Positions 38,932-51,709 of a stretch of 64,000 bases of DNA are shown here, piece by piece; positions within the stretch are counted from its first letter, which is position 1; every line of letters starts with the position of its first letter. Source of the stretch: Dictyostelium discoideum. Its lineage: Eukaryota. The stretch covers positions 1,216,001-1,280,000 of the forward strand of contig CM000150.2 of the NCBI GenBank assembly GCA_000004695.1, read 5' to 3'. The translations under genes were made by a program, and so were the position numbers. A model generated the notes under the pieces. It was not told the origin of the DNA. It worked only from the letters and a program-made list of their open reading frames with translations, and did no database searches.

Positions 38932-41146
38932 TCATTTTGCTAAAGGTAATACACCAAATGTTGATTGGCAAATCTTTGAAAATGTAACAGGTATAATGTT
39001 ACAAGATTTAAAAATTATTACACCATTCCCACCATCAAATCCATTTAGTCCATTAGTTACATCATTTGATGTTAGTCAAAATCAAATTGCAGGTCAAGTT
39101 GATGAATCATGGTGCTCAGTTTTATTAACTTTAAATAAAAATTTATTCACTGGTGTGATTCCAAATTGTTTTTATTGTTACTTGAATATTCAATCAATTG
39201 GTAATAGCTTTGCTCAAAATAATTTTGATAATTATAATACCACAAATAACAAATGTGGTTATGGTAAGTAAAAAAAAACTTAAAATTGATTTCTATATAT
39301 ATATATGTATACTATATTAATTTTTTTTTATTTTTTTTTATATATATATTAATATATAGATATCATTGTACCATATGTTTATTATAATAAAACATCAACA
39401 TTATTGACACTTAGAGGTAAAAATTTAGGTTGGGTACAAACTAATTTTAAAACATCAACTTGTGTAATTATTTTCACTGATCGATTTACTGTAGTTGGAT
39501 GTACAGGAACATATATGAATGTAACATTTGTAAATCAAAATTTAAATTTTACATTATCATTAGATGGTACAGAACCAATAATTAGTAATGTTATTCAAAC
39601 AAATAATACATTTATAATTAGTGGATCCTATTTTGCATATGAACCATCAATTATCAATGTTACAATTGATGGAGAGTCACCATTAAATTGTGAATTTACA
39701 AATTCAAGTATAATTCCAACATTTTATAGTATTCAATGTGATATTGGATATCCAGTGGTTGAATATGGGTTAAAGAATTTAACAGTACAAGTAAATAGTT
39801 TAGTTTCAAAACCATATGAATTTAGTCTTGATTATACTAAAGTGCCATGTCCAATTTCAGATTGTAATGGTAATGGTATTTGTAATGATCATATTGGTGT
39901 TTGTGAATGTTTTAATGATTGGAAAACAATTGATGATGAAATTTGTACAGTTGCAATTCATTATTTATCAGCATATACTCAAACATCAGATATCGATGGT
40001 GGTATCATTAATTTATATGGTTTCTTTGGTGATATTCATAATGATTATAAAGTTTTAATTGATGGTATTCAATGTCCAATCGAAGTTGCACCAACATCAA
40101 CAGTTTTTACAATTTCAGTTGACTCTGGTACAATTGGTACAAATTCATCAATTGAAATCATTCAAAATGATTTATCATTCCATGGTACAATCTATCCATA
40201 TGAAAATTTAATTAAAGAATGTCCATCGAATTGTAATGGTATCAGCAATGGTAAATGTAATAGTACAACTGGTGAATGCACTTGTAATGAAGGTTTCATC
40301 GGTGTTGATTGTATCAAACTCACAAATTATACATTACCAACCATCACATCATCAATTTCAAATGTTGGTTTATTATTTAAAAGTGAACAAACTGTTTTTA
40401 TAGCTTCATTTTATTCATTTGTTGAAGTTGATTACACTGGTACCATTATTAAATCAGTTGTAATAAGTTCATGGGAACCTGAAAATATTAACCAAGGTAT
40501 TAAATACACTGGTTCATCGTCAAATAGTGATGGTGTTTTTGAAATTACATTTTTAAAAGTACCAACAAATCAACAATTTTCATTTGCAGGTAATGAATTC
40601 AACATTGGAGCAGGTGGTGCTAAAATGTCAATAACAGTTTCAAATTACACATATTCAAACCAATCAAATTATTTAGTCGCGGCTATGCAAGCTAAAGCTG
40701 AGTCAGATCCAAGATCACCAATTCAAAATAAGTGTAATAATGGTACAATCGTAATTACATCACAATCAAATAGTAATTTAACTTTAAATAATTATAATTA
40801 TTTTACAATTTCAAAAGATGCTAAAAGATTATCAATTAGATTACAAGATAGATTAATATCAGATGGTCAAGCAACTTTTATGGTAAATCAACTTAATATT
40901 CAACAACCTGATCATAGTTTATTATTTGGTATGTCACTCCCACATTGTGGTAAACAATGTTCAATCGATGGTCCTGATTTTATTGTTAACATTGAATCAA
41001 ATTATAAAGTTTTAAGTTCATGTTCACCACAACCAACATCAACACCAAAATCAAGCTCTGAAGAACCATCTTCTTCATTAAAACAACAATCTTTAATTTC
41101 TTTTATTTTAATAATATTTTTAATTTCATCAATTATTTTAAATTAA
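37447..41146 (+). CDS. Secreted/GPI-type surface protein with an N-terminal signal peptide, LRR-like repeats, IPT-like and two EGF-like modules, and a C-terminal hydrophobic tail. CDS join(37447..37534, 37674..37806, 37902..38048, 38157..38288, 38388..38809, 38931..39263, 39360..41146).
   Basis: The signal peptide is MKLNIFYLFVIVLTLSNINNVFG. The LRR-like exons are linked by phase-consistent GT..AG introns (gtaaat, gtaagt, gtaatg, gtaagt, gtaaat, gtaagt). EGF-like modules are CPISDCNGNGICNDHIGVCECFNDW and CPSNCNGISNGKCNSTTGECTCNEGFIGVDC. The protein ends …SSSLKQQSLISFILIIFLISSIILN*, a GPI-anchor-like signal with no cytoplasmic tail. It is a paralogue of the gene at 50897..55013. Confidence 0.65.
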
Positions 41147-41305
41147 ATTAAATTAAATAATTATTAAATTATTAAAAGTAAAAAATTAAATAATTATTTG
41201 TTTTTTATAAATTTTTTAAAAAAATATATTTTAATTATTATTATTATTATTAATTTTTTTTTTTTTATTAATTTATTAAAATTAATTAATTTAATTTAAT
41301 TTTTA

Positions 41306-43652
41306 TTAATTAATAATATTATAACCATTATATTGATTATTATTATAAAAAGTTTTACGAAAACCATTAATTGCCATTACTAAACCAGCAATTAATAAGA
41401 TACCACCAAAAATTGAAACTACAACTACTGGAGCAATTTTAACAGTTTGAATTTGTTTAAATTGTTGTTTTAATAAATTTATATCATTTGTTGAAGCGGT
41501 TGCAGTTTGACCAATTTTTAAACTTGGATAAAAAATACCAAAACTATTGCTATTGGTTGGACTAAAAATATTTGTCCAATTACCTAATGAAGAGAACCAT
41601 AAACTATTTGCATTTGAAGGAATTTGTAAATTAATTTGAAGTTTTAAATTATAATAGAGTGTATTACCAGTGATTGGTTCTAAATCCAATGGTATTTCAG
41701 CATTTTCATAGGTTTGATTTAATCCATTAATATAGAGTGAACTATATTCTATTGGTACACCATACATATCCCAAAGTGAAACATAAATTGGAACACCATT
41801 AAAAAGACCAGTTAAATTTGCAAAACCATTGATTGAATTATTAAAAACTGGATCAATTGGAAAACTTTGATTTGGTAAATAATATCTTTGAGTTGAAACA
41901 CCCATTACTGATGAAGATGAAGAATGTACCAATGAAAGTGGTCTTAAAATATTCTCTTCAAAAATGGTTAAACTTTGTGGTAGATTATCTTGAACCAATG
42001 GAGCCATTTGACCATTTTCAACGAAACCAGTTACATTTACAGTACCATTCCAAATGGTAAGTGTTGATTGTTCTTGAAATTGTTGATATTGATTAGTTAA
42101 TGATAAATCTTTCTTTCCTGTATAAACAGTTGATGGTTTAAAAATTGTATTATTTTGTTGAAATGAACATTGTTGATCAATACCTAAATAATCTAATAAA
42201 TCATCTTGACAATCCCATAACCATTCATTTGCAGTTCTTGTAACAATTAAACCAGATGTATTATAAAATGATTGAACAGATTTAATTGAATAACCAGTTG
42301 TATTTGGAATATAACTTAAAAAGTAACCAATCATTGTCATTGCATCATTATTTGTTAAATTCCATTTTGTAAAATTATTACTATTTGTTGACATTTGTTC
42401 AAGAAATAAACCTAAACCGTGAATTGTTAATAGGGAATCATCAATACTATCATTAAATAAATTGGATTGAGCTTCATTTGTTGAAATTGTTAAATTTGTA
42501 CCCATTGCAATTGGAATTTCAATTGGTTCTAACCAAGGTAAATTTGTTATATTAAATTGACTAATTGATTTATAACCTAATGGTATTGTTGTTATAAATT
42601 GACAAACACCTAATAGTTCAATTGATTCAATTTCACATTGCTTTAATAATTGGCTCATTGTATATTGATCATTAAATCCTTTTAACCACCAAATCATTAC
42701 CAATGTTAATTGTGCTTGATTAATACCTAATTCTTGTTCAAGTATTTGATATGAATTTGAATTTGGACCATTAAAAACTGCATTTATCCAATAACTAATA
42801 CCATTGGTACTATTTAATAATGAATATTGATTCATTGGATTTAAAATTTCCAATGCCGATTGTAAACTTATACCACTTGGTGAATCTAATCCATAAGATA
42901 TCAACATATTATCCCATAATGAACTATTACCATTGGTTGGAATAATAGTTGAATTTGACCATTGTTCTAAAAAATAAATGGTTGGAGTTGTTGTTAAATT
43001 ATTATTAATTGTTGATAATAATAATTGATATTGTTGATTAAAATATTTTGGACCATTATAAAAATATGCAATCATTGTAAAATTATCACTTGATAAATAT
43101 TCTAAAAATTGTTTAGTTTGTGGTGCTGATGCTAAAGTATATAATAAATCCTCTGCTGTCATACCTAATGTAATTGAATTTTTTGATAGTGTTGATAATA
43201 AACCTAAATAAGCTGGATTAAAATTGGTTGTACTAACTGTAAATGGATTTAATGAATCCTCACCTTCAATCCATTTATATGATTTACTTTGAATATAATT
43301 TATTAAATTGCCATCATCACTAAATGAAACTTTACTATTATTCCATTCATATTTATAATTAAATGGTCCAATCTTTTCAAAATTACAATTTTTACCATTT
43401 AATACTTCATTTGGATTTGTCTATATTTTTAAAATTTATTAATTATTTATTTATTTTTTTTTGAAAAAAAAAAAGTACTTACCAAATTCCAAAGATAATA
43501 ATATTGTTTAAAATAATTATCTACTGATTTTTGTCCTGCCCAATCATTATATCTTTGACTTTTCTAATTTTAATTTAAAAAAAAAAAAAAAAAAAATCAA
43601 ATTAAAAAAAAAGAAAAGAAAATTAGTTTTTTTTGATCTTTTTTGGGTTAAC

Positions 43653-43690
<38 letters not shown>

Positions 43691-43874
43691 AAAATAAATT
43701 TGAAAATAAAAAAAAACTTACAAAAGAATCAACAATTACAGCATCAACTATAGCATTATTTGTTGCAACATTTAAAACTGAAGGTAAAAGTGCAAGTGAT
43801 ATAACAAATAATGCTGCACCAATCACTGATAAAAGTAAACCAGCAATTAATAAACCTTTATTGTTTGCAACCAT
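41306..43874 (-). CDS. CD36/LIMP-2-family lysosomal integral membrane protein, paralogue B. Minus join(43722..43874, 43483..43563, 41306..43420), about 783 aa.
   Basis: It has the same architecture as the gene at 34161..36599: N-terminal TM MVANNKGLLIAGLLLSVIGAALFVISLALL, KSQRYNDWAGQKSVDNYFKQYYYLWNL, TNPNEVLNGKNCNFEKIGPFNYKYEW…, LDLEPITGNTLYYNLKLQINL, and a C-terminal TM. An extra intron (gtaagt…aattag) creates an 81-nt middle exon. Confidence 0.85.
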
Positions 43875-44112
43875 TATAATTATTATTATTTTTTTTTTTT
43901 TTTTTTAATTTTATTTTACTATTTTTTTTTTTTGTTATTATTATTTAATAATAATATAGATAAAAAATATTTATTTATAAAATAAATAAAAAATAAAAAA
44001 ATAAAAAAAAAAATAAAATAAAAATAAAAAAAAAAAAAAAGTTTGAAAAAAAAAAAAAAAAATAAAAAAAAAAAAAATAAATAAAAATCAATAGTTGATC
44101 TCTTAAACCAAA

Positions 44113-46650
44113 ATGGAGGATCTACTTAATCTTTTTAATAGAAAAATTAATTTTGAAACAACCTTAAATAGTAATAATAATAATTATAATAATAAAAGTA
44201 AAAAAAAAAATAACTCTAATCAACTTAAAAATCATTTCATTCAATTAATTGATAAAATTTCAAATTCGTTAAATAGTAATAATAATGATTTTAATAATAA
44301 TTTTAAGTCTTTACAAATTGTCGAATTATTTAATTTAGTTAAATTATTACCATTTAAAGAAGAAAAAAAATTAGAAAATAATAATAATAATAATAATAAT
44401 TATAATAATTATAATGATGATCAGGATTATGATGATGATGATTATTATGATAATTTAATATTATATAACACAATTAGAAAAGAAACAATCGAATTAATTT
44501 TTAGAATTTTACCAAATATTTTAAAAAGGCAATCATTTCAATATGATAGTTCATTAATGACAACAATTTTCTCAGTTTCCGATCAACCAATATCATTAAA
44601 ACTATTAATCGCAATTCATACAACTAATTTAATTAATGATTATATATTATTTGAAAATTCTCAATTCAATATATTTATACCATATATTCACGATATATTT
44701 CATTATATTATATTATCTTTAAAAGTAATTATTATTATTTATTATTTAAATAATAAAATTATAAACATATTAATATTAATATTTTTATTTATATAAAAAA
44801 AGGAAAATAATTTAAAAATTAAAATTGAAATTTTAAATTTATTAGAATTAATAATTAATAATTTAAAAAATAATAATAATAATAATAATAATAATTTAGA
44901 ATCATATTTAAATAATTTAATAAATTTATTAATTGAAAATATAATAATAAAAAATAATAATGATGATGATAATAATATAGAACTTTATAATCAAATTTTA
45001 GATAATAATAATGAATTTTATATAATTAGAGAAAAAAGTGGTTTAATTTTAAAATTATTATCAAAAAATTATTTTAATAAAATAATTGAAAATTTAAATT
45101 TAATTTCAAATAATAATAATAATAATAATAATATTTATATAAAAGAAGGAATTTTAGAATGTTTTAATAAAATTAATAAATTTGAAAATGAAGAATTATT
45201 AAAAATTTTATTTGAAATTTATTTTATTAATCAAAATAATAATTCAAAAATTGAATGGATTTATTTTTCAACTATAATTAATAATTTATCAATAATTTAT
45301 AATAATGAAAATAATCAAAATAATAATAATCAATATTTTGAAATTATTTATAAAAAATTAAATGAATTAATTTTAATTGATAATGAAATTATAAAAATTT
45401 CAATATTTAATTTAATAAAATCAAATTATAAATTATTATCAACCGATTTATTTATTAAATTAATTTCATTAACATTACCAAAATTAAATAATAAAATTCA
45501 ATTTAAATCATTTATAGAATTATCAAAATTAATAATACCAAATTTAAATTTTAAATCATTTAAAATAATAATTGAATTATTAACATTACAATTTAATTAT
45601 TCAAATAATAATAATAATAATAAATATTTATATTTAGAATTATTTTCAATTATTATAAAAAATTTGGATTCTGAAAATTTTAAAAATTTTTATAGTAAAT
45701 TACCATTTGAATTATTTGATTTAATTTTATTAAAATTGGATTCATTAATTAATTTATATCAAGATTTTTTAGAAATAAAATTTATTGAACCAATTATAGT
45801 ATCATTGGAATTTTTAAATGAATCATTAGAGAATTTAGTAATTATAAATAATATTGATTCAATTTATTATTATAATATTATTAATATTATAATAAAATGT
45901 TTAGAAATTATTAAACCAAATGAAATCATTTTAAAATCATTAATTTTATTATCAAACCTTTTTAATTTAAATTGGTCATCAATTTCAACAATGGTACCAA
46001 TCTTTGAATTAACACAATTGGATAAAATTTTAAAATTAATTTATAAATTTTTAATTTATGATAAAAGATTATTAATTATTAAAAATTCATTTATTGTTTT
46101 AAATAATTTATTAAATTCAAATTATTCAAAATTAGTTCAACCATATTTAAATGAATTAATTTTAGAAATTTCTTTAAATTGTTATTATTTAAATAATAAT
46201 TATAATAATAATAATAATCAAAATAATCAAAATTTTAAAAATTTACAATTAAAAGAAATTATTTCAATTACTTTTAGTAAACTTTTATTAAATATTGATC
46301 AATATACAATTGAAAATTTTAAATGTTTTTCAAATTTAATTGATAATTCTTGGTGTTCATTTATTTTAAATGATAATCAATCAATTTTATTAATTTTAGA
46401 TATAATTTGGAATGATCCATCATTAATATCATTTAATTCAAATCAAACTTTTAATTTAAAAACAACTTTATTAAAATCAATTAATAATAACCATAATAAT
46501 ATAAATTTAAATAATTTTAATAATAATAATAATAATAGTTTAATAATTTTATTAAAATTAAAATTAAAAGAAATTAAAACAAATTCTCCAATTATTTTGG
46601 AAAAATTAAAAAAATTTTTAAATTCTGATTTATTATTTTTATTTTCTTAA
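44113..46650 (+). CDS. Hypothetical Asn-rich protein with a long alpha-helical (ARM/HEAT-like) repeat body. CDS join(44113..44724, 44803..46650), about 820 aa.
   Basis: The two ORFs (44113..44796 and 45664..46650) are in the same frame. An in-frame 78-nt gtaatt…aaaaaag intron removes the only stop. The region between them reads as continuous coding, rich in I/L/N/K. I recognise no family. Confidence 0.55.
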
Positions 46651-46888
46651 AAAAATAGAAAAAAAAAAATGAAAAAATAAAAAAATAAAAAAAGCTTCTT
46701 AAACAAAAAAAAAAAAAAAAAAAAAATTTTATTATTATAGTTTGTTTATTTAATTTTTATTTAATTTTTTTTATTATTTTTTTTTTTTTTTTTCTAATTT
46801 AATTAATATTAATTGTGAAACTAATAAATTTATCAGAAACCATTTATATTTAATTTTTTTTATTTTAATTTTGTTTTTTTTTTTTTTT

Positions 46889-46929
<41 letters not shown>

Positions 46930-47018
46930 AAAACGAAAAAAGTTTTTTTTTTATTTTCATTTTTTTTAATTTTAAATATATAAATATTTTATTTAAAAAA
47001 AAACTTTTTTTTTAAGAA

Positions 47019-48188
47019 ATGGGTCCAAAAGGTAAAAAGAAAGGTCAATCATTTGATGATTCAGATGAAGAAATTAATAATAAAAAAGGTGGAAATAAAA
47101 AAGGACAACAATTAGAAGATGATATTCCTCAACCAGTTAAAAAGGGTGGAAATAAAAAAGGTCAAAGAGGTAAACAAGACTCTGATGATGAACCAGAAAA
47201 TATTCCTCAACCAGTAGCAAAGAAGAGTAATAATAAAAAAGGTCAAAGAGGTAAACAAGATTCAGATGATGAACAAGATGAAATTCCTCAACCACAAAAG
47301 AAAGGTGGTAAACCAGCTCCACAACCACAAAAGAAAGGTGGTAAACAACAAGATTCAGATGATGAACAAGATGAAATTCCTCAACCAGTTAAAAAAGGTG
47401 GTAAACCAGCTCCACAAAAGAAAGGTGGTAAACAACAACAACAACAAGATTCAGATGATGAACAAGAAGAAATTCCTCAACCAGTCAAGAAAGGTGGTAA
47501 ACCAGCTCCACAAAAGAAAGGTGGTAAACAACAAGATTCAGATGATGAAGAAGATGAAATTCCTCAACCAGTTAAGAAAGGTGGTAAACCAGCTCCACAA
47601 AAGAAAGGTGGAAAACAACAAGAATCTGAAGATGAAGATGAAGAAGATGAAGTTCAACAACCAGTAAAGAAAGGTGGTAAAAATGATAAAAAGAAAGGTG
47701 TTAAACATGTTGAAGAAGAGGAAGAAGAAGAGGAAGAAGAAGAAATTGAACAACCAGTTAAAAAAGGTGGTAAAGCTCCAAAACCAAAGAAAGGTGGTAA
47801 GGGTAGTAAACAAGAATCTGAAGATGAAGAAGATGATGTTCAACAACCAGTAAAGAAAGGTGGTAAAAAAGATAAAAAGAAAGGTAGTAAACATGTTGAA
47901 GAAGAGGAAGAAGAAGAAGAGGAAGAGGAAATTGAACAACCAGTTAAAAAAGGTTCAAATAAAAAAGATCAAAAGAAAGGTGGTAAAGGTAAACATGTTG
48001 AAGAAGAAGAGGAAGAAGAAGAAGAAGAGGAAATTGAACAACCAGTAAAAAAAGGTTCAAATAAAAAAGATCAAAAGAAAGGTGGTAAAGGTAAACAACA
48101 ACAAGAATCTGAAGATGAAGAAGAGGAAATTCAACAACCAGTAAAGAAAGGTGGTAAAAAAGATAAAAAGAAAGGTAGTAAACATGTT

Positions 48189-48220
<32 letters not shown>

Positions 48221-48424
48221 AGAAATTGAACAACCAGTTAAAAAAGGTGGTAAAAAAGATAAAAAATCAAGTTTGGAAGATAGTATGTCAGAACTTTCAA
48301 TTAAATCAAAGAAAGGTGGTAAGGGTAAACATGTTGAAGAAGAAGAAGAACAAGAACAAGAAGAAGAAGAGGAAAAACCAAAATCAAAATCAAATAAAAA
48401 AGATAAAAAGAAAGGTAAACATGT

Positions 48425-48457
<33 letters not shown>

Positions 48458-50447
48458 AGAAAAACCAAAATCAAAATCAAATAAAAAAGATAAAAAGAAA
48501 GGTAGTAAACATATTGAAGAAGAAGAAGAAGAAGAAGAAGAAGAAGAAGAAGAAGAAAAAGAAGAAGAAGAAGAAAAAAAAATGACATTAGCAGAAATTA
48601 GAGCAGCAAAAAAAGTTAAAAAAGTTGATAAAAAAGAGAAAAAGAAAGAAAAAGAGAAAAAGAAAAGAGATGAACAAGAAGAGGATGCATTCGAACTTGC
48701 AAAAAAGAAACAACAAGAAGAGATTGATTATGATAATATTGATATTGATGATGTACCAGGTAAAGATGCACCAACCTATGTTCATTTGAAATCATCAGAA
48801 GGTTTAAGAAGTAAAATTGGTAATGATATTAAATTTGATAATTTAATACTTTCAGTTCCAGGTAGAATTTTATTAAATAATGCATCACTTACACTTGCCT
48901 ATGGTCAAAAGTATGGTTTTGTTGGTAGAAATGGTATTGGTAAATCAACATTGGTTAAAAAGATTGCAATGCGTGATGAAATTACCATTGCACCACATCT
49001 TCGTGTATTGTATGTAGAACAAGAGGTAACTGGTGATGATACAACTCCATTGGATTGTGTATTGGCAGCTGATGAAGAAAGAAAATGGTTACTTGATGAA
49101 GAGAAAGTTTTAACAGAATTGGAAAAAGTTAACCCAAGTTGGCAATTTGATCCACGTCAAAAGAGAAATTACTCACTTCGTGATATTTATGATCGTCTTA
49201 AAGAGATTGATGCCGATAAAGCATCGATTAGAGCTGCAAACATTTTAATTGGTTTAGGTTTCACATTTGAAGAGATATCTGTAAAGAAATCTAGAGATTA
49301 TTCAGGTGGTTGGAGAATGAGAATTGCATTGGCAAGAGCACTCTTTTGTAAACCAGAAGTATTATTACTTGATGAACCTTCAAATCATTTAGATTTACAT
49401 GCTTGTGTTTGGTTAGAGAAATATTTAAATCAATGGGATCGTACATTATTGGTTGTATCTCATGAAGCTTCATTCCTTAATGAGGTTGTTGATAATATCA
49501 TTTACATTCATGATCAAAAGTTGGATCAATACAGAGGTAACTATGATGCATTTATGAAACAAAAATCTGTAAATCTTAGATCAAAAGAAAAGGAAAAAGA
49601 TAAACAAGATAGAAAATTAAAGAAAATGAATGAATTCATTACAAAGAATAAGAATAATACTCAAGCTAAACAAGCAGCATCTCGTGCAAAGAAAATGGAG
49701 AAAATTGAAACCATTGAACTTGAGCGAGAGGATGCTTCACTCGTTGTAGATTTCCCACAACCTGAACATTTAACACCACCATTATTGGTATTTAAAGATG
49801 TTTGCTTCGGTTATGAAGGTAGACCAACTATGTTTAAGAAATTGGATATTGGTATCGATATGGATTCAAAGATTGCTTTGGTTGGTATGAATGGTGTTGG
49901 TAAGTCAACTCTTATGAAACTAATGAATGGTGATCTTCATGAAACCACTGGTTACATTGAAAGAAGTAGAAAAATGCGTGTAGCTAGATTCTCTCAACAT
50001 TTTGTCGATCAATTGGATACCACTATGACACCAATCGAATATTTCCAATCGAAATTCAATAATCCACCAGTTCAACAAATTCGTAATCATTTAGGTAGAT
50101 TTGGTATTTGTAATTCCTTACCATTACATAAAATTACAACTTTATCTGGTGGTCAAAAGAGTAGAGTCATTTTAGCTGAATTAGCTTGGGCTGAACCTCA
50201 TATTCTCTTATTGGATGAACCAACAAATCATCTTGATATTGATGCTATCGAAGCTTTAGCTGAAGGTATTAATGCTTTCACTGGTGGTGTAGTTTTAATT
50301 TCTCATAATCAACATTTAATTAATTTAATTGCTGAACAAATTTGGGTTGTTAAAAAAGATGGTACAATTTATTTATATCCAGGTACTTTTATGGATTATA
50401 AAAATGAAATTTCAAGAGAAATTGATAATATGGTTATTAGAAGTTAA
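47019..50447 (+). CDS. ABC transporter F family (ABCF1/ABC50-like soluble tandem-ATPase) with a ~520-aa Lys/Glu-rich tandem-repeat N-terminal extension, 1142 aa, single exon.
   Basis: Two ABC cassettes are present. Cassette 1 has Walker A GRNGIGKST, signature LSGGWRMRIALARAL and Walker B LLLDEPSNHLD. Cassette 2 has GMNGVGKST, LSGGQKSRVILAEL and LLLDEPTNHLD. There are no TM domains. The N-terminus is an array of about 14 units of the type IPQPVKKGGKPAPQKKGGKQQDSDDEQDE or HVEEEEEEEEEEIEQPVKKGSNKKDQKKGGKGK. It is probably the abcF1 orthologue. Confidence 0.9.
47080..48590 (+). repeat. Coding tandem-repeat array (about 14 units of 60-100 nt) in the ABCF N-terminal extension.
   Basis: There are repeated ORF-internal units cctcaaccagt(t/a)aa(a/g)aaaggtgg(t/a)aaaccagctccacaaaagaaaggtgg(t/a)aaacaacaagattcagatgatgaa…. 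The many alternative-frame and antisense ORFs in the track (47137..47939, 47860..48426, 48301..48785) are by-products of this array. Confidence 0.85.
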
Positions 50448-50896
50448 ATAATAAATAATGAAATAAAAAAATAAAAAAAAAAAAAAATAAAAAAAAAAAT
50501 AAAATAAAATAAAATAAACTAATCACTTCTTATTCTAAAAATAAATTAAATAAAAATAAATAAAATTAAAAATAAAAAAATAAAAAATAAAAAATAAAAA
50601 ATAAAAAAAAAAAAAAAAAGAAAAAAAAGAATCTATTAACGCATTTTCATTTTGATTGTGCAAATGTTTTTTTGATTGGAAAATATCTTTTTTTTTTTTT
50701 TTCTTTAATTAACAAAAAAAAAAAAAAATCAAAATTAAAATTCTCAACCAATAATCTAAATATGTTTTAAAAGCCAATTGATTTTTTTTTTTTTTTTTAT
50801 TTTATTTTATTTTTTTTTATATATTTTCTTTTTTTTTCTATATATTTATATATTTTTTTTATTATTTATATTTTTTTTTTTAAAATTTATAATAAA

Positions 50897-51655
50897 ATGA
50901 AATTAATATTTATTATAATTTTATTTATAATTTTTAAAGTAAAACCATTTTTATCAAATAATTTATCAACTAGTGAATGTAAAATTACATTTGAAATAAT
51001 TAAAAATAAATAAAAAAATAAAAAAAAACTAAAAAAAAATAAATTTTAATAAATAAATAAAATAAAAAATAATTATAATAATTTTTAGATAGTTGTGCTA
51101 ATGATATTTCAGAATTTTTAATAGATACAACATTTATTTATAATGGTACATATGGATATGAATTTTGTGAGAATAAAAATTTCTTTTGTAATGGTGATAG
51201 TGTTGTTAGAATTAATTTTAATGGTTCAGATTCATTTGGAGTAACATATTTAAATTGTTTTAAACAACTTTCTTATTTGTATGGTATTATAAGTTTTTTT
51301 ATAATTTTTATTTTTTTTTAATTAATAAATTTTCCAAACTAATATTTAAAAAAAAAAAAAAAAAAAAAGAAAATTAGATCATTCAAAAATGCCATTACAT
51401 TTTTTTAGTACATATATAATTTCACCAATAAATGAAATGTAAGATTAATATATTTTTTTTTTTTATACTAATATTTTTAAAAAAAAAAAAATTATATATT
51501 AACCAAAATAAAAAATAGTTTTATAAATGAACCATCTAATGATATATCATTTTCAAATGTAATATTAAATCCTTCAATTAAAATATTGTAAGTTTTTTTG
51601 TTTTTTTTTTATTTTCATAATAAATTAAAATTTTAAAATAATAAAATTAATTCAA

Positions 51656-51709
<54 letters not shown>

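Noticed and set aside
47137-48785. Multiple ORFs on both strands within the ABCF N-terminal repeat (47137..47328 -, 47266..47667 +, 47538..47939 -, 47860..48426 +, 48301..48785 -).
   Set aside because: They are frame-shifted or antisense readings of the Lys/Glu codon repeat array. Only the 47019 frame continues into the ABC domains.
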